A DNA stretch of 46,334 nt from a bacterium (GTDB lineage: Bacteria; Hydrothermota; Tepidihabitantia; Tepidihabitantales; Tepidihabitantaceae), in contig JAWOHE010000072.1 in assembly GCA_046485285.1 (NCBI GenBank), positions 1 through 46,334 on the forward strand, given 5' to 3'. Positions 19,554-29,931 of this stretch are shown here, one piece after another. The position numbers were made by a program, and so were the translations under genes. The notes under the pieces are model-generated. The model was not told the DNA's origin, did no database searches, and saw only the letters and a list, made by a program, of their open reading frames with translations. Each line of letters begins with the position of its first letter. Position 1 is the stretch's first letter.

Positions 19554-20627
19554 ATGAGTCTCCAGTACCGGTTTCTACGCCGGCGGGCGCGGCTCGGGCC
19601 GCGACGCGCCGGCTTCTTGTTGCTCGCGACAGGGTTCGTCCTGCTGGCGGGCGGGTGTTCCGCCGACCTGCCGCGCTGGCCGTGGTGGTCCGCCGCGGAT
19701 TCGGCCGCGGTCCGCAGTGCGCTGGCCGACTGGCGCGATTACCTCGACGCCGGGAGGAACTTCGAGGGCACCGTCGCCTCCGGTCCCGGCTGGAGTTCCC
19801 GGCTGGTCGGCGCCGACAGCCTGTCCGCGACCGGCGACACGCTCTACAAGCTGCGCCGGATCGTCGCGGTGTCGTACGAGGCGACCGACAGCGGCCACGC
19901 CGACGTGCTCGAGTTCGGGCCGTCGGTGGACACGATCGAGATGTCGGACACTTTCTGCTTCGTCTCCTGGTACGATTCGATGGCCGGGTGCCGGCTCGTC
20001 GTCGGCTACGACAGCCTGTGGGTGGTCGGCTACCGTCCCGACACCACCATCCAGGGCGAGCCGCCGGAGACGCTGGTGACCTGGCGCGCCAGCTACAGCG
20101 CCGGCCGGGGTTTTGACGCGCCCCGGCAGGCGACCAAGCCCCACGCCTGGAAGGCGTTCCGCGGCCTGCACCTGCCCAAGGAGCCGGGCGTGACGAGCTA
20201 CCATCTCGAGCGGCTGACCGGCGTCGAGGTCACGGTGCCGGGCGGCGAGGATGCGCCCGACGTCGCGCACGTGATACTCTACCGACCGGGCCGGAGCGAC
20301 ACGTTCTTCGACCGCCCGCGCGCCGACGGCCGCGGCCTGATGAACCTGCGGGCGCTCGATTCGCTCCACACCTTCGAGCCGGGCGAGGAGGTCCGGGTGG
20401 TCGTCGGGCTGCGAAGCGCCGACGCGGCGCTGTTCTTCGCCGGGGTCGGCGGCGAGTGGCGTGATATCACCGCCGGCGCGACCACCGGCGACGGCACGGT
20501 CGCGTTCCGCGACACCGGCTACCAGCACGTGAACATCCAGGTTCTGCCGGTCGGCCGGCTGTTCTACCCCGAGGCCGGACACGCGGCCAACGTCTGGGCG
20601 ATCCCGGTCCGGGTGGTCGGGCGATAG
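19554..20627 (+). CDS. Hypothetical lipoprotein
   Basis: AAGGAGG RBS; Arg-rich n-region and lipobox LLAGGC. Confidence 0.75.
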   Translation: MSLQYRFLRRRARLGPRRAGFLLLATGFVLLAGGCSADLPRWPWWSAADSAAVRSALADWRDYLDAGRNFEGTVASGPGWSSRLVGADSLSATGDTLYKLRRIVAVSYEATDSGHADVLEFGPSVDTIEMSDTFCFVSWYDSMAGCRLVVGYDSLWVVGYRPDTTIQGEPPETLVTWRASYSAGRGFDAPRQATKPHAWKAFRGLHLPKEPGVTSYHLERLTGVEVTVPGGEDAPDVAHVILYRPGRSDTFFDRPRADGRGLMNLRALDSLHTFEPGEEVRVVVGLRSADAALFFAGVGGEWRDITAGATTGDGTVAFRDTGYQHVNIQVLPVGRLFYPEAGHAANVWAIPVRVVGR

Positions 20628-20639
20628 CGGGAGGAGACT

Positions 20640-23429
20640 ATGAACAGGCAACTGGTCCTGATACCGGTCGTGATGCTTGCGGCGCTCGCCGGGACCGCGC
20701 TCGCGCAGAGCGGCCGGGTTCGCGGGCGGGTGACCGACGAGCAGACCGGCGAGCCGCTCGTCGGCGCGAGCGTCTGCGTCGAGGGAACAATGTGCGGCGC
20801 CCCGACCGACGCGAATGGCGAGTACCTGATAACCAACGTGCCGGTCGGCCGCCAGGTGCTCGAGGCGTCGTACATCGGCTATCGCTCGGCGCGGCTGACC
20901 GACGTGCTGGTAGTCCTCGACCAGACGATAACGCACGACTTCAGGCTCGGCCCGGGTGCGATCGAGCTGCCGCCGGTGGTGGCGACCGCCTCCGCCGAGG
21001 TCAGGATAGTCCGGACCGACGCGGCGTCGAGCGACATCTTCACGTCCGAGCAGTTCGACAAGATGCCGATCCAGACGCTGGCCGACATCATCCGCCTGCA
21101 GTCCGGGGTGGTGACCAGTCCGTCCTACGGCCAGCACCTGCGCGGCGGGCGGCCGGACGAGGTGATGTACTACGTCGACGGGGTCGCCACGCGCGACCCG
21201 CTCTATGGCTACCAGGCGGCGCACGTGAACCCGGAGGCGACCGCCGAGGTGGTGATCATCTCGGGCGGCTTCGACGCCGAGTACGGCGAGGCGATGTCCG
21301 GGGTCATCCAGATCGTCACCAGAGAGGGCCGGGACCGGACCCAGGGCCGCTTGCGCTGGGTCACCGACGAGGTCCTGCCAGCCGGGATGAGCTACGGCGA
21401 CAACCGGGTCGAGGCGTCGGTGGGCGGGCCGACACCCGGCCTGCGCCGGCTCAAGTACTTCGCCTCCGGTGAGCTGTACTTCGCCGAGGACTATGCCCCG
21501 CTCCGGCACAAGCTGCCGCACCAGCAGCGCCAGGACTACAAGCTGACCGGCAAGCTGACGATGCCGTTCGCGGTCAACGAGGGGATGAAGCTGACCGCGA
21601 GCGGGTTCCTGGCCCGCGAGCAGTACGAGATGTACCCGAACGACCGCAGCAACGAGAACCACCTCGGCTTCAAGTACAACCTCGACAGCTACACCTCGCG
21701 CCGGGACCGGGTCCGCAAGCTCGACGCGTCGCTCAACCACGTGCTGGCGCCGGGCACGTTCTACACCTTCCGGCTCGGCTACTTCTACGATCACCGGACG
21801 ATAGCGGTGCGCGACCTCGAGCGCGAGGCGGCGGAGCGGAGCTTCGGGGCCCGGTTCTGGGAGGACTACATCTTCAAGGCCGAGGACAGCGTCGCGGCCG
21901 ACTCGTCGGCGATATTCCGGCCGCTGCCCGGTTACCTCAAGCAGTCGAACGACAACGACAACAACCCGTTCGGAATCTACTCGGTATTCTACGGTTACGG
22001 CGACTACCGCTATTTCCTGATGCACTGGTCGAGCGTGATGACGGCGAAGGCCGACCTGACCCACAACGTCGGCAAGGTCCACGAGCTGAAGGGCGGGGTC
22101 GAGCTGCGCCGGAACTCGCTCCACCGGCGCTACAACTCGCTGCCGACCGACCCGAACCCGTTTGTCGACGCCTACGACTTCGACCCGACCAACATCGCGG
22201 CGTTCGTCCAGGACCGGATGGACTTCGAGGACCTCGTCGTCCGGGCCGGACTCAGGCTCGACTACCTCGGGCCGAACGCCCGCAAGCGGGCGAACCCGGA
22301 GAACGTCGAGGATACCTCGACGGTCGCGGCGCTCGACAAGTTCAAGCTGTCGCCGCGGCTCGGGGTTTCGTTCCCGGTCACCGAGTGGACGAAATTCCGC
22401 TTCAGCTACGGCCACTTCTTCCAGACGCCGGCGTACCGCTACCTGTTCGACAACATCAGCTCGGCGGCCTACGCGCGCGGCAACCAGATAATCGGCGACC
22501 CCGACCTCCGCGCCCAGCAGACCATCGCCTACGAACTCGGCCTCGAGCAGCAGCTCGCCGAGGTGGTCATCGTCGACCTCACCGCCTACTACAAGGACAT
22601 CTTCGACCTGATGGGCACGCGGTTCCAGCCGGCGGTGCCGATGGGCTACTACCCGCTGGTCAACGAGGAGTACGGCAGCGTCCGCGGGTTCGAGGTCGGG
22701 CTGCTGCGCGGCAGCTCGGGGTACTGGAACGCGCGGATATCCTACGGGCTGTCGCTGGCCCGCGGCACCGCGTCGTCGACCTACGAGTGGTACTACGAGC
22801 GCTACCGCTATGGCACCGACCCGGTCACCGGCCAGCAGATGGAGCCACCGCGCCGCGACTACGCGCTCGAGTTCGACCAGACCCACAACGCCAAGCTCAG
22901 CGTCGGCGGCGACCTGCCGCGCGACTTCATGGTGCCGGTACTCCGGGACGTCAGCGCCTCGGCGCTGCTGAACTTCGCCTCCGGGCTGCCCTACACGCCG
23001 CGCGAGGTGCGCATGCTTAACGCCGGGCGCCGGACCGCCGAGGTCAACTCGGCCCGGATGTCCTCATCGTTCACGGTCGACCTCAACGCGGCGAAATCGG
23101 TCCGGCTCGGCGGGGTCAAGCTCGGGCTGAGCTGCATCGTCACGAACCTGCTCGACGCGAAGTCGGTGCAATGGGTCTACGGAGCGACCGGCCGGCCCGA
23201 CGACGACGGCTACGTTTGGACGCTGTCGCCGGCGAACTGGCCCGGGCCGAGCTACGTGACGATCGTCAACACCGCCTACAACCCCCGCCGCGACATCAAC
23301 CACGACGGCTACATCTCGGCCGAGGAGGAGTACGTCGCCTACCGCGTCGGTTACCTCGACTACGTCAACAACCCGATCAACTACGGGCCGCCCCGCCAGG
23401 TCAGGCTCGGCGTCAACCTGGAGTTCTGA
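20640..23429 (+). CDS. TonB-dependent receptor with an N-terminal carboxypeptidase-regulatory-like domain
   Basis: GRVTDEQTGEPLVGA, LRGGRPDE, SGGFDAEYGEAMSG plug, SPRLGVSFP, C-terminal ...RLGVNLEF. Confidence 0.92.
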   Translation: MNRQLVLIPVVMLAALAGTALAQSGRVRGRVTDEQTGEPLVGASVCVEGTMCGAPTDANGEYLITNVPVGRQVLEASYIGYRSARLTDVLVVLDQTITHDFRLGPGAIELPPVVATASAEVRIVRTDAASSDIFTSEQFDKMPIQTLADIIRLQSGVVTSPSYGQHLRGGRPDEVMYYVDGVATRDPLYGYQAAHVNPEATAEVVIISGGFDAEYGEAMSGVIQIVTREGRDRTQGRLRWVTDEVLPAGMSYGDNRVEASVGGPTPGLRRLKYFASGELYFAEDYAPLRHKLPHQQRQDYKLTGKLTMPFAVNEGMKLTASGFLAREQYEMYPNDRSNENHLGFKYNLDSYTSRRDRVRKLDASLNHVLAPGTFYTFRLGYFYDHRTIAVRDLEREAAERSFGARFWEDYIFKAEDSVAADSSAIFRPLPGYLKQSNDNDNNPFGIYSVFYGYGDYRYFLMHWSSVMTAKADLTHNVGKVHELKGGVELRRNSLHRRYNSLPTDPNPFVDAYDFDPTNIAAFVQDRMDFEDLVVRAGLRLDYLGPNARKRANPENVEDTSTVAALDKFKLSPRLGVSFPVTEWTKFRFSYGHFFQTPAYRYLFDNISSAAYARGNQIIGDPDLRAQQTIAYELGLEQQLAEVVIVDLTAYYKDIFDLMGTRFQPAVPMGYYPLVNEEYGSVRGFEVGLLRGSSGYWNARISYGLSLARGTASSTYEWYYERYRYGTDPVTGQQMEPPRRDYALEFDQTHNAKLSVGGDLPRDFMVPVLRDVSASALLNFASGLPYTPREVRMLNAGRRTAEVNSARMSSSFTVDLNAAKSVRLGGVKLGLSCIVTNLLDAKSVQWVYGATGRPDDDGYVWTLSPANWPGPSYVTIVNTAYNPRRDINHDGYISAEEEYVAYRVGYLDYVNNPINYGPPRQVRLGVNLEF

Positions 23430-23438
23430 GGAGGCGAG

Positions 23439-26400
23439 ATGCGAACACAACACAATCACCGGCTGCCGGCGGCGGTCGCCGTACTCTGCGCGCTGGCCGC
23501 GGTCGCCGCGGCACGGACCGCGGAGCGGCCCTGGCGGCCAAGCCGCGCCTACGACCTGCCCTGGTACCAGAAGAACCAGTGGCGGATGACGATCAGCAAC
23601 TACGGCACGTTCGGCTACGGCGTGTCGAGCCCGGGCGGCGAGTGGCCGGCGGGCTCGGGCGACATGTACATCTACGGCGCCGGGATCTGGTTCGGCTCGA
23701 TCCGGCGCGGGCCGACCGGCCGCGACACGCTGGCGAGCGTCGGCTACAACCCGAACTCGGGCAAGTCCGAAATGACCCCGGGCTGCTACGACAACGCCCC
23801 GGGCGGTTACGCGGGCCGGGCGTTCGAGCGGGTCTACGTCTTCCCCAGTGACTGGCCACCGAACCTGGCCGACTTCCCGGCCGGGCTGGCGGATTCGGTC
23901 AGGACCCCGCTCCGGGTTCCGTCGGGCGATACGCTGATTCCCGGTTACTTCCACTACGTCCCGCGCACCGCGGTCAGCTCGGGCGATGCCTGGGCCGTCT
24001 TCAACGACCGGGACGAGGCCAACCACACCGCGGGCGCGACCCCGCGTTCGATCGGCATCGAGGTCTACCAGAGCACCTACGCCTGGACCCTGCCCTGGAA
24101 CCAGGACATCGTCTTCTTCAAGCTCGACGTCCGCAACCGGACCGCGGACACCATCCACGATGCCTACATCGGGATGGTCTGCGACGCCGACGTCGGCAAC
24201 GCCACCGATGACCGGGCCGGGCTGATCCTCGAGAAGTACATCCACAGCCCGGACGGCCGCGACTCGGTGTTCGTCGACAACATGGGCTACGTCTGGAGCG
24301 ACGACGCGGCGCCGCCCGGGCTGGTCGGGTTCGATTTCCTGCAAAGCCCGTACGTCAAGGACGAGAACGGCAACATCGCCGGCTTCGACGGCGTCGACAA
24401 CAACGGTAACGGGCTCATCGACGAGCCGGCCGAGGGCGAGCAGCTCGGGATGACCTCGTTCAAGATCTTCACCCTCACCGACGCGGACCCGGTCGACGAC
24501 TTCCAGCAATACCTGGCGATGGCGGGCTACGACTACTGGGACCCGGAATACCCCTATAACCCGTATGACTCGACCGACCAGGCCCCGGCCGACAAGCGCT
24601 TCCTCCAGTCGACCGGCCCGTTCACGCTCGCGCCGGACGAGGTGGCGACGGTGACGATCGGCGTCATCGCGGCGGCCCGCGCGCCCGGCGAGGCATCGAT
24701 GCCCTACTACCTCGCACTGGCGTCGCGCGCGGCGCAGGCGGCCTACGACAACAACTGGATAATGCCCGAGCCGCCGCCGAGCCCGAACCTCACCCTGATT
24801 CCGGGCGACGGCCGCGTCACGCTGGTCTGGGACAACCTGCCCGAGGACGCCCGCGACCGGTTCTTCCCGGTCGCACCGGCGCTTTTCAACCCCTACTACG
24901 TCGAGCAGGACTTCCAGGGCTACAAGGTCTACCGGAGCCGGAGCGGCCAGCCGGGCGACTGGCAGCTCCTGACCCAGTTCGACCGGCAGGACGGGATCCG
25001 CTACGAGGACACGACCGCGGTCGAGAGCCTCCGGACCCGGGGGACCGACAACGGGCTTACCTACAGCTTCGTTGATTCGAGCAACCTGCGGCTTGGGTTT
25101 CCCTACTACTATGCGGTCACGTCCTACGACGTGAACTACCTGAGCGGCGACCCCGATACGACGCCGCCCGAGCCGCCGGACACGCTGAGCCTCGAGTCGG
25201 GGATGGCCCCGGAGCGGGCGGTTCCGCGCACCGACCCGGGCAACTACCGGCCGCCGTCGACCGACTGGGTCCAGACCGCCGGTAACCCGCGCCTGCGCCT
25301 ACGGCTGGTGCCCCACGCGGTGACGCCGTACGCGGTCAGGGACAGCCGGTACCACGTCCGGTTCCTCGGGCCGCGTTACGACGCGGGCTCGCGCCGGCCG
25401 GAGTACCGGTTCTGGGTCTCGGACGACGCGGGCGACACGGTGTTCGGCCTGACCCCGTTCACCGTCGACCTCGCCGCGGCCAACGACACCTTCCGGTTCG
25501 TCCGGACCGTCTTCGACTCGGTGCCGACGCTGGTCGCCAACGAGACCCTGCTCGTCTACGACTCGCTATCCGGCGGCTGGCGCGACTCGGTCCGGGTCGA
25601 CACCACCCGGGCGTGGCTGCCGGTCAGCCAGGTCACGCTGAAACTGGAGCTCGGCTCGATACCGCGCCAGTTCTACCGGGAAGTCAGGGTCGTGTCCGGC
25701 GAGTACCCGGAGGACTCGCTGGCCGTGGCCGAGCTCGCCAACAACCCCGCGCTCTGGGCCTACCGGGGCGCGAACTACCGGCTGGTCTGGCGCGAGCACG
25801 CGACCGGCCGGCCGACCGTCGAGGTTTACGACCTCGACAACGAACAGACGGTCCGGTTCCGGGCCTACCCGCTGGTCGGCGGGTCGCCGGACTCGGCCGA
25901 CGGCTGGTGCTTCCGGACGGTCCGGGACGCGACTGACACGCTCGGCATCGAGGCGACCCGTTACCTCTACGTCTGCGGCTCGCAGTTCCAGTTCAAGCCC
26001 GGCGGCGGTCCGGTCGAGCTTGCGCCCGCGGCCGGGGACACCTGGCTGCTGTACTCGCGCAACCTCGCGCCCGCGCCGTGGTTCAGCGCGTTCCAGGTCG
26101 ACTACCGGGCCGAGCGGTTCCTTGCCGGGGCCGACTCGGTCGCGCTCGACGTCAAGGTCGTTCCCAACCCCTACGTCGTCCGGAACGAGTGGGAACGCCA
26201 CCCGGACTTCCGCAAGGTCAAGTTCATCAACCTGCCCGACCGCTGCGTCATCCGCATCTACAACCTCGCGGGTGACCTCGTCAAGACAATCCACCACGAC
26301 GACACCAGGCCGGACGTCGGCGGCCTGCCGAACCAGTACGGCGGCGACGAGGACTGGGACATCCTGAACGAGACCAAGCAGCGGCCGGCGCCCGGGCTCT

Positions 26401-26462
26401 ACGTCTTCCACGTCGAGTCGGACATCGGCAGCCAGGTCGGCAAGTTCGCGCTGATCTACTAA
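23439..26462 (+). CDS. Large secreted protein with an FN3-like region and a T9SS-like C-terminal domain
   Basis: Signal peptide; PGDGRVTLVWD, FQGYKVYRS, YYYAVTSYD; VKVVPNPY...FINLP...IYNLAGDLV...WD...GLYVFHV. Confidence 0.85.
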   Translation: MRTQHNHRLPAAVAVLCALAAVAAARTAERPWRPSRAYDLPWYQKNQWRMTISNYGTFGYGVSSPGGEWPAGSGDMYIYGAGIWFGSIRRGPTGRDTLASVGYNPNSGKSEMTPGCYDNAPGGYAGRAFERVYVFPSDWPPNLADFPAGLADSVRTPLRVPSGDTLIPGYFHYVPRTAVSSGDAWAVFNDRDEANHTAGATPRSIGIEVYQSTYAWTLPWNQDIVFFKLDVRNRTADTIHDAYIGMVCDADVGNATDDRAGLILEKYIHSPDGRDSVFVDNMGYVWSDDAAPPGLVGFDFLQSPYVKDENGNIAGFDGVDNNGNGLIDEPAEGEQLGMTSFKIFTLTDADPVDDFQQYLAMAGYDYWDPEYPYNPYDSTDQAPADKRFLQSTGPFTLAPDEVATVTIGVIAAARAPGEASMPYYLALASRAAQAAYDNNWIMPEPPPSPNLTLIPGDGRVTLVWDNLPEDARDRFFPVAPALFNPYYVEQDFQGYKVYRSRSGQPGDWQLLTQFDRQDGIRYEDTTAVESLRTRGTDNGLTYSFVDSSNLRLGFPYYYAVTSYDVNYLSGDPDTTPPEPPDTLSLESGMAPERAVPRTDPGNYRPPSTDWVQTAGNPRLRLRLVPHAVTPYAVRDSRYHVRFLGPRYDAGSRRPEYRFWVSDDAGDTVFGLTPFTVDLAAANDTFRFVRTVFDSVPTLVANETLLVYDSLSGGWRDSVRVDTTRAWLPVSQVTLKLELGSIPRQFYREVRVVSGEYPEDSLAVAELANNPALWAYRGANYRLVWREHATGRPTVEVYDLDNEQTVRFRAYPLVGGSPDSADGWCFRTVRDATDTLGIEATRYLYVCGSQFQFKPGGGPVELAPAAGDTWLLYSRNLAPAPWFSAFQVDYRAERFLAGADSVALDVKVVPNPYVVRNEWERHPDFRKVKFINLPDRCVIRIYNLAGDLVKTIHHDDTRPDVGGLPNQYGGDEDWDILNETKQRPAPGLYVFHVESDIGSQVGKFALIY

Positions 26463-26473
26463 GGAGACGAGCG

Positions 26474-27499
26474 ATGAAATACCGATTCGGTTTCATCGTC
26501 CTGCTGCTCGGCGCGCTGGCCGCGCCGAGCCCGGCGGCCTTCACCAAGGTCGGGATGGCCGGCCTGACTTTCCTCAAGATCGGGGTCGGCCGGAGCACCG
26601 GGATGGGCGACGCGTTCACCGCGGTCGCCGACGACGCGAGCGCGGGTTACTGGAACCCGGCCGGGCTGGCGCTGGTCGGCGGCCGGCAAGCGCTCGTCAA
26701 CCACGTCGACTGGATCGCCGACATCAGCCACGAGTACGTCGGGCTGGTCGTGCCGACCCGGGCCGGCAACCTCGGGGTCAGCGTCACCGCGCTGACGATG
26801 GGCGAGCTCGAGGAGACGACGCTCGAGCGCTACCAGGGCACCGGCCGGAGCTTCACCGGCTCGGACCTCGCGCTCGGGCTGTCGTACGCCCGTATGCTCA
26901 CCGAGAAGCTGGCGTTCGGCGTCACGGTCAAGCTCGTCAACGAGCAGATCTGGGACGCGGGCTGCACCGGTGCGGCGTTCGACTTCGGCGTCCACTACAA
27001 CACCGGCTGGCGCGACCTGCGGCTGGCGATGGCCATCACCAACTTCGGGCCGGACGTCAAGTACTCGGGCAGCCAGCTCTACTTCGTCCACGACCCGGAC
27101 TGGGAGTGGCCCTGGACCCGGGAGCCGATTCCCGGCGCCTACCTGACCGAGAACTTCGCCCTGCCGGTCATCTTCCGGTTCGGGGTGGCGTGGGACGCCC
27201 TGCGCGACGAGGCTCAGCGGCTGACCCTGGCCGCGGACCTCAACCACTTCAACGACGTCAACGAAAAGGTCAACCTCGGGGTCGAGTACAACTACCGGCC
27301 GCTCTACCTGCGCGCCGGCTACATCCTCGACACCGACCTTGACTACGGCGCCGACCTCGGGATGCGGACCGGGCTCTCGGCCGGGGTCGGACTGAAGGTA
27401 AGGCCGGCGCGGATGCTCGGGCTGTCGCTCGACTACGGCTACCGCGACCTCGCCCGGCTCGGCGGCTCGCACCGGCTGAGCCTTGGAGTCGACTTCTAG
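26474..27499 (+). CDS. PorV/PorQ-family outer-membrane beta-barrel
   Basis: FLKIGVGRSTGMGDAFTAVADDASAGYWNPAGL signature; terminal Phe. Confidence 0.88.
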   Translation: MKYRFGFIVLLLGALAAPSPAAFTKVGMAGLTFLKIGVGRSTGMGDAFTAVADDASAGYWNPAGLALVGGRQALVNHVDWIADISHEYVGLVVPTRAGNLGVSVTALTMGELEETTLERYQGTGRSFTGSDLALGLSYARMLTEKLAFGVTVKLVNEQIWDAGCTGAAFDFGVHYNTGWRDLRLAMAITNFGPDVKYSGSQLYFVHDPDWEWPWTREPIPGAYLTENFALPVIFRFGVAWDALRDEAQRLTLAADLNHFNDVNEKVNLGVEYNYRPLYLRAGYILDTDLDYGADLGMRTGLSAGVGLKVRPARMLGLSLDYGYRDLARLGGSHRLSLGVDF

Positions 27500-27624
27500 T
27501 CCGCGCCAGACTGCGACGACGCGGCCCGGGCATTGTGTCCGGGCCGCGTGCTTCCGAGCGAGCGCAGGGCAGGGCTTCTCGAGGTCCGTCCGGGATGCGC
27601 GACCGAGCGCGGCTGGCCCGGGCC

Positions 27625-27653
27625 TTGACAGAAAGCGGCGGGCGGCCTAACAT
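27625..27653 (+). promoter_or_regulatory. Promoter TTGACA-N17-TAACAT, probably leaderless
   Basis: -10 ends 6 nt before ATG 27660. Confidence 0.7.
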
Positions 27654-27656
27654 CGC

Positions 27657-29915
27657 ATGATGAAAAGGACACTTGTTCTTCTCGGGTTGGTGGGGGTGAT
27701 GCTCGCGTCGGCTTCGGCCCGTATGCCCGATTTCCGTGAACACCAGGCGGTGATAGACTCGCTCAGGGAAACCGAGCCGTGGTTCAGGCGAAGCTGGCTC
27801 GCAGAGCGGGGCCTTGAAGACTACTACCGGGCGCAGAGCTTCAGGCCGGACTCGCAGGGACTCAGGGTCGTCGGGCGCTGGAGCTACGGTCCGTCCGTGA
27901 AGGTCTCCCTTCGGACGACCGAAGACGATACCATTGTCTGTCTGGCACGGGGTTCAGGAGCGAGCATCATCCGCTTCCGGTCAGAGGGCGGCCTGAGACT
28001 CGACCTGCTGTCGGACATAGACTGCTACGGCCTCGTCAGCCGGGCCATCATCCGGGACACGCTGGTCTTCATCGGCATGGGCTCGGGCGGCACCGGGATT
28101 GAGGTCTGGGGCGTGAGCGACCTGACCGCTCCGCAACGCCTGTCATACGTCCACCTGCCGCCGATTATGGACATCGCGGTGCAGGACACCTTCCTGTATG
28201 CCACCGGCTACGTCCGGGACTCCCTGCGTATCTTCAGCGTCGCCGACCCGCGCAACCCGGTGCAGGTCGGGGCGTGTGCCGATTCCGGCTTCCCGATGCA
28301 CGTTTCGGGCGACTACTGCTACCTGGCCGACCGGGGCGGCATCAACATAATTGACGTCAGCGACCCGACCAGGCCGCGCCGGGTCGGCAAGGCCGGGTCG
28401 GGCGGCATCGCGCTCTCGGTCACGGTGCGGGACACGCTCTGCTTCTTCGGTCTCGACAACAACACCCTGCAGGTCTACAACGTCCGCAACCCTGCGAACC
28501 CGAGCTACCTCGGCTCGGTCAGCGGCACCCTGCCCGCGGACCTCTACCTGCCGCCGACCTGCGATACGGTGCTCTATACTCCGACTTTTGACGTAATCAG
28601 CATCCGTGACCCGAGGAACCCGAGGAGCATCGGTCGTGTTGACACCCCGGGCTGGGGCTATGGGGTCACTGCCGTACCTGCGCTCAACTATGCGCTGGTA
28701 GCGGACTACTTCAAAGGTCTGACTGCGGTGAATATCGTGGTATCGGGTGTCCCGTTCATAGACACTTCGCGATTCGGGGCGGACCTGGCTGAAGACATCC
28801 ATGTAGATGACGCAGTTGCCTATATTGCCAATGAAAGGGCCGGCCTGCAGTTGCTGGATGTTTCGGACCCGGTCGGGCCGTCGCTGCTTGCTCATGTAGA
28901 TACCTCATTCAGTGCGATGAGATGCCGCGCAGCATTGGGTCGGGATAGTTTTGCCTATATCGGCTGGTACTACCCCTGGCTGCGCACTCTGGACGTAACT
29001 GACCCTGCCAGTCCTCGAATGGTAGGCGGATGCTACATTCAGGAATCCCCCCGCGCTCTGGCCATACGCGACAGCCTGTTGTACGTGGCCATGCACTACC
29101 GCTTCCAGGTCGTCAACGTTGCCCGGCCCCGGGAGCCGGAGGTGGTGGGAGAGGTGGGGCTGCCGAACATGACGCTTGCCCTGTTCGTTTTGGATACATT
29201 GGCATATGTAGGAAACTGGCCATCATCGCCAATCATCAGTATCAGCGACCCAACACAACCGACCATCATAGGTAATATAGATATGCCCCTTAGAGGCATT
29301 GCCGTGGAAGACACATTCGCCTATCTGGCGCGGAATTACGATTCGATGTATGTCTACAGCGTGGCAGACCCGACAAGCCCTGTTCGCCTCGGCACCTTGA
29401 GTCTATCAGATACCCCTTATGGGCAATGGAATGCAGGGTTGGTCAAAGTTGACTCGGTCGTCTATATCGGCGGGTGGCAACTGAAGTCCATCAGTGTTGC
29501 TGACCCCAGCCGACCTTACGAGACCGCAGCACGATGGCAGCCGCCATCGGGGTGGGTGCAACAGTTGACATATACCGCTCCCTTCCTTTATGCCGCCTGC
29601 GCTGACGGAGGAGTTGCCATCCTGGAGACGCTGCAGACCGGGTTGAGCGAAGAAAGCGTAAAAACGCCGGTCCCGGTCTTTAGTGTATGGCCGAGCATAA
29701 CTACCGGACCAATCAGAATGGAGGCAAAGAATGCAGCAATGAAGCCTGTCCGCATCAAGGTCTTCAGCGTGACCGGAGAGCTGGTGTTCTTCGATGAGAA
29801 CGTCATCTCGTCGGCACCGCGGATAGACCTTACCCGGTTGCCTGCCGGTGTCTATCTCGTAAGGGCCGAGACAGCCGATGGCAGCCGGTTTTCGAGTAAG
29901 GTCGTAAGACAGTAA
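27657..29915 (+). CDS. Secreted LVIVD-repeat protein with a T9SS-type C-terminal domain
   Basis: Signal peptide; repeated IIDVSDPTRP, LLDVSDP and VADPRNP motifs; ...LPAGVYLVR...KVVRQ; start is 27657 or 27660. Confidence 0.88.
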   Translation: MMKRTLVLLGLVGVMLASASARMPDFREHQAVIDSLRETEPWFRRSWLAERGLEDYYRAQSFRPDSQGLRVVGRWSYGPSVKVSLRTTEDDTIVCLARGSGASIIRFRSEGGLRLDLLSDIDCYGLVSRAIIRDTLVFIGMGSGGTGIEVWGVSDLTAPQRLSYVHLPPIMDIAVQDTFLYATGYVRDSLRIFSVADPRNPVQVGACADSGFPMHVSGDYCYLADRGGINIIDVSDPTRPRRVGKAGSGGIALSVTVRDTLCFFGLDNNTLQVYNVRNPANPSYLGSVSGTLPADLYLPPTCDTVLYTPTFDVISIRDPRNPRSIGRVDTPGWGYGVTAVPALNYALVADYFKGLTAVNIVVSGVPFIDTSRFGADLAEDIHVDDAVAYIANERAGLQLLDVSDPVGPSLLAHVDTSFSAMRCRAALGRDSFAYIGWYYPWLRTLDVTDPASPRMVGGCYIQESPRALAIRDSLLYVAMHYRFQVVNVARPREPEVVGEVGLPNMTLALFVLDTLAYVGNWPSSPIISISDPTQPTIIGNIDMPLRGIAVEDTFAYLARNYDSMYVYSVADPTSPVRLGTLSLSDTPYGQWNAGLVKVDSVVYIGGWQLKSISVADPSRPYETAARWQPPSGWVQQLTYTAPFLYAACADGGVAILETLQTGLSEESVKTPVPVFSVWPSITTGPIRMEAKNAAMKPVRIKVFSVTGELVFFDENVISSAPRIDLTRLPAGVYLVRAETADGSRFSSKVVRQ

Positions 29916-29931
29916 ACATGTAGGAGCAAAG

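Noticed and set aside
19575-22886. 1103-aa minus-strand ORF and similar long antisense ORFs (7119-9326, 39729-41357, 43579-45159)
   Set aside because: Shadow frames of well-supported high-GC genes on the opposite strand
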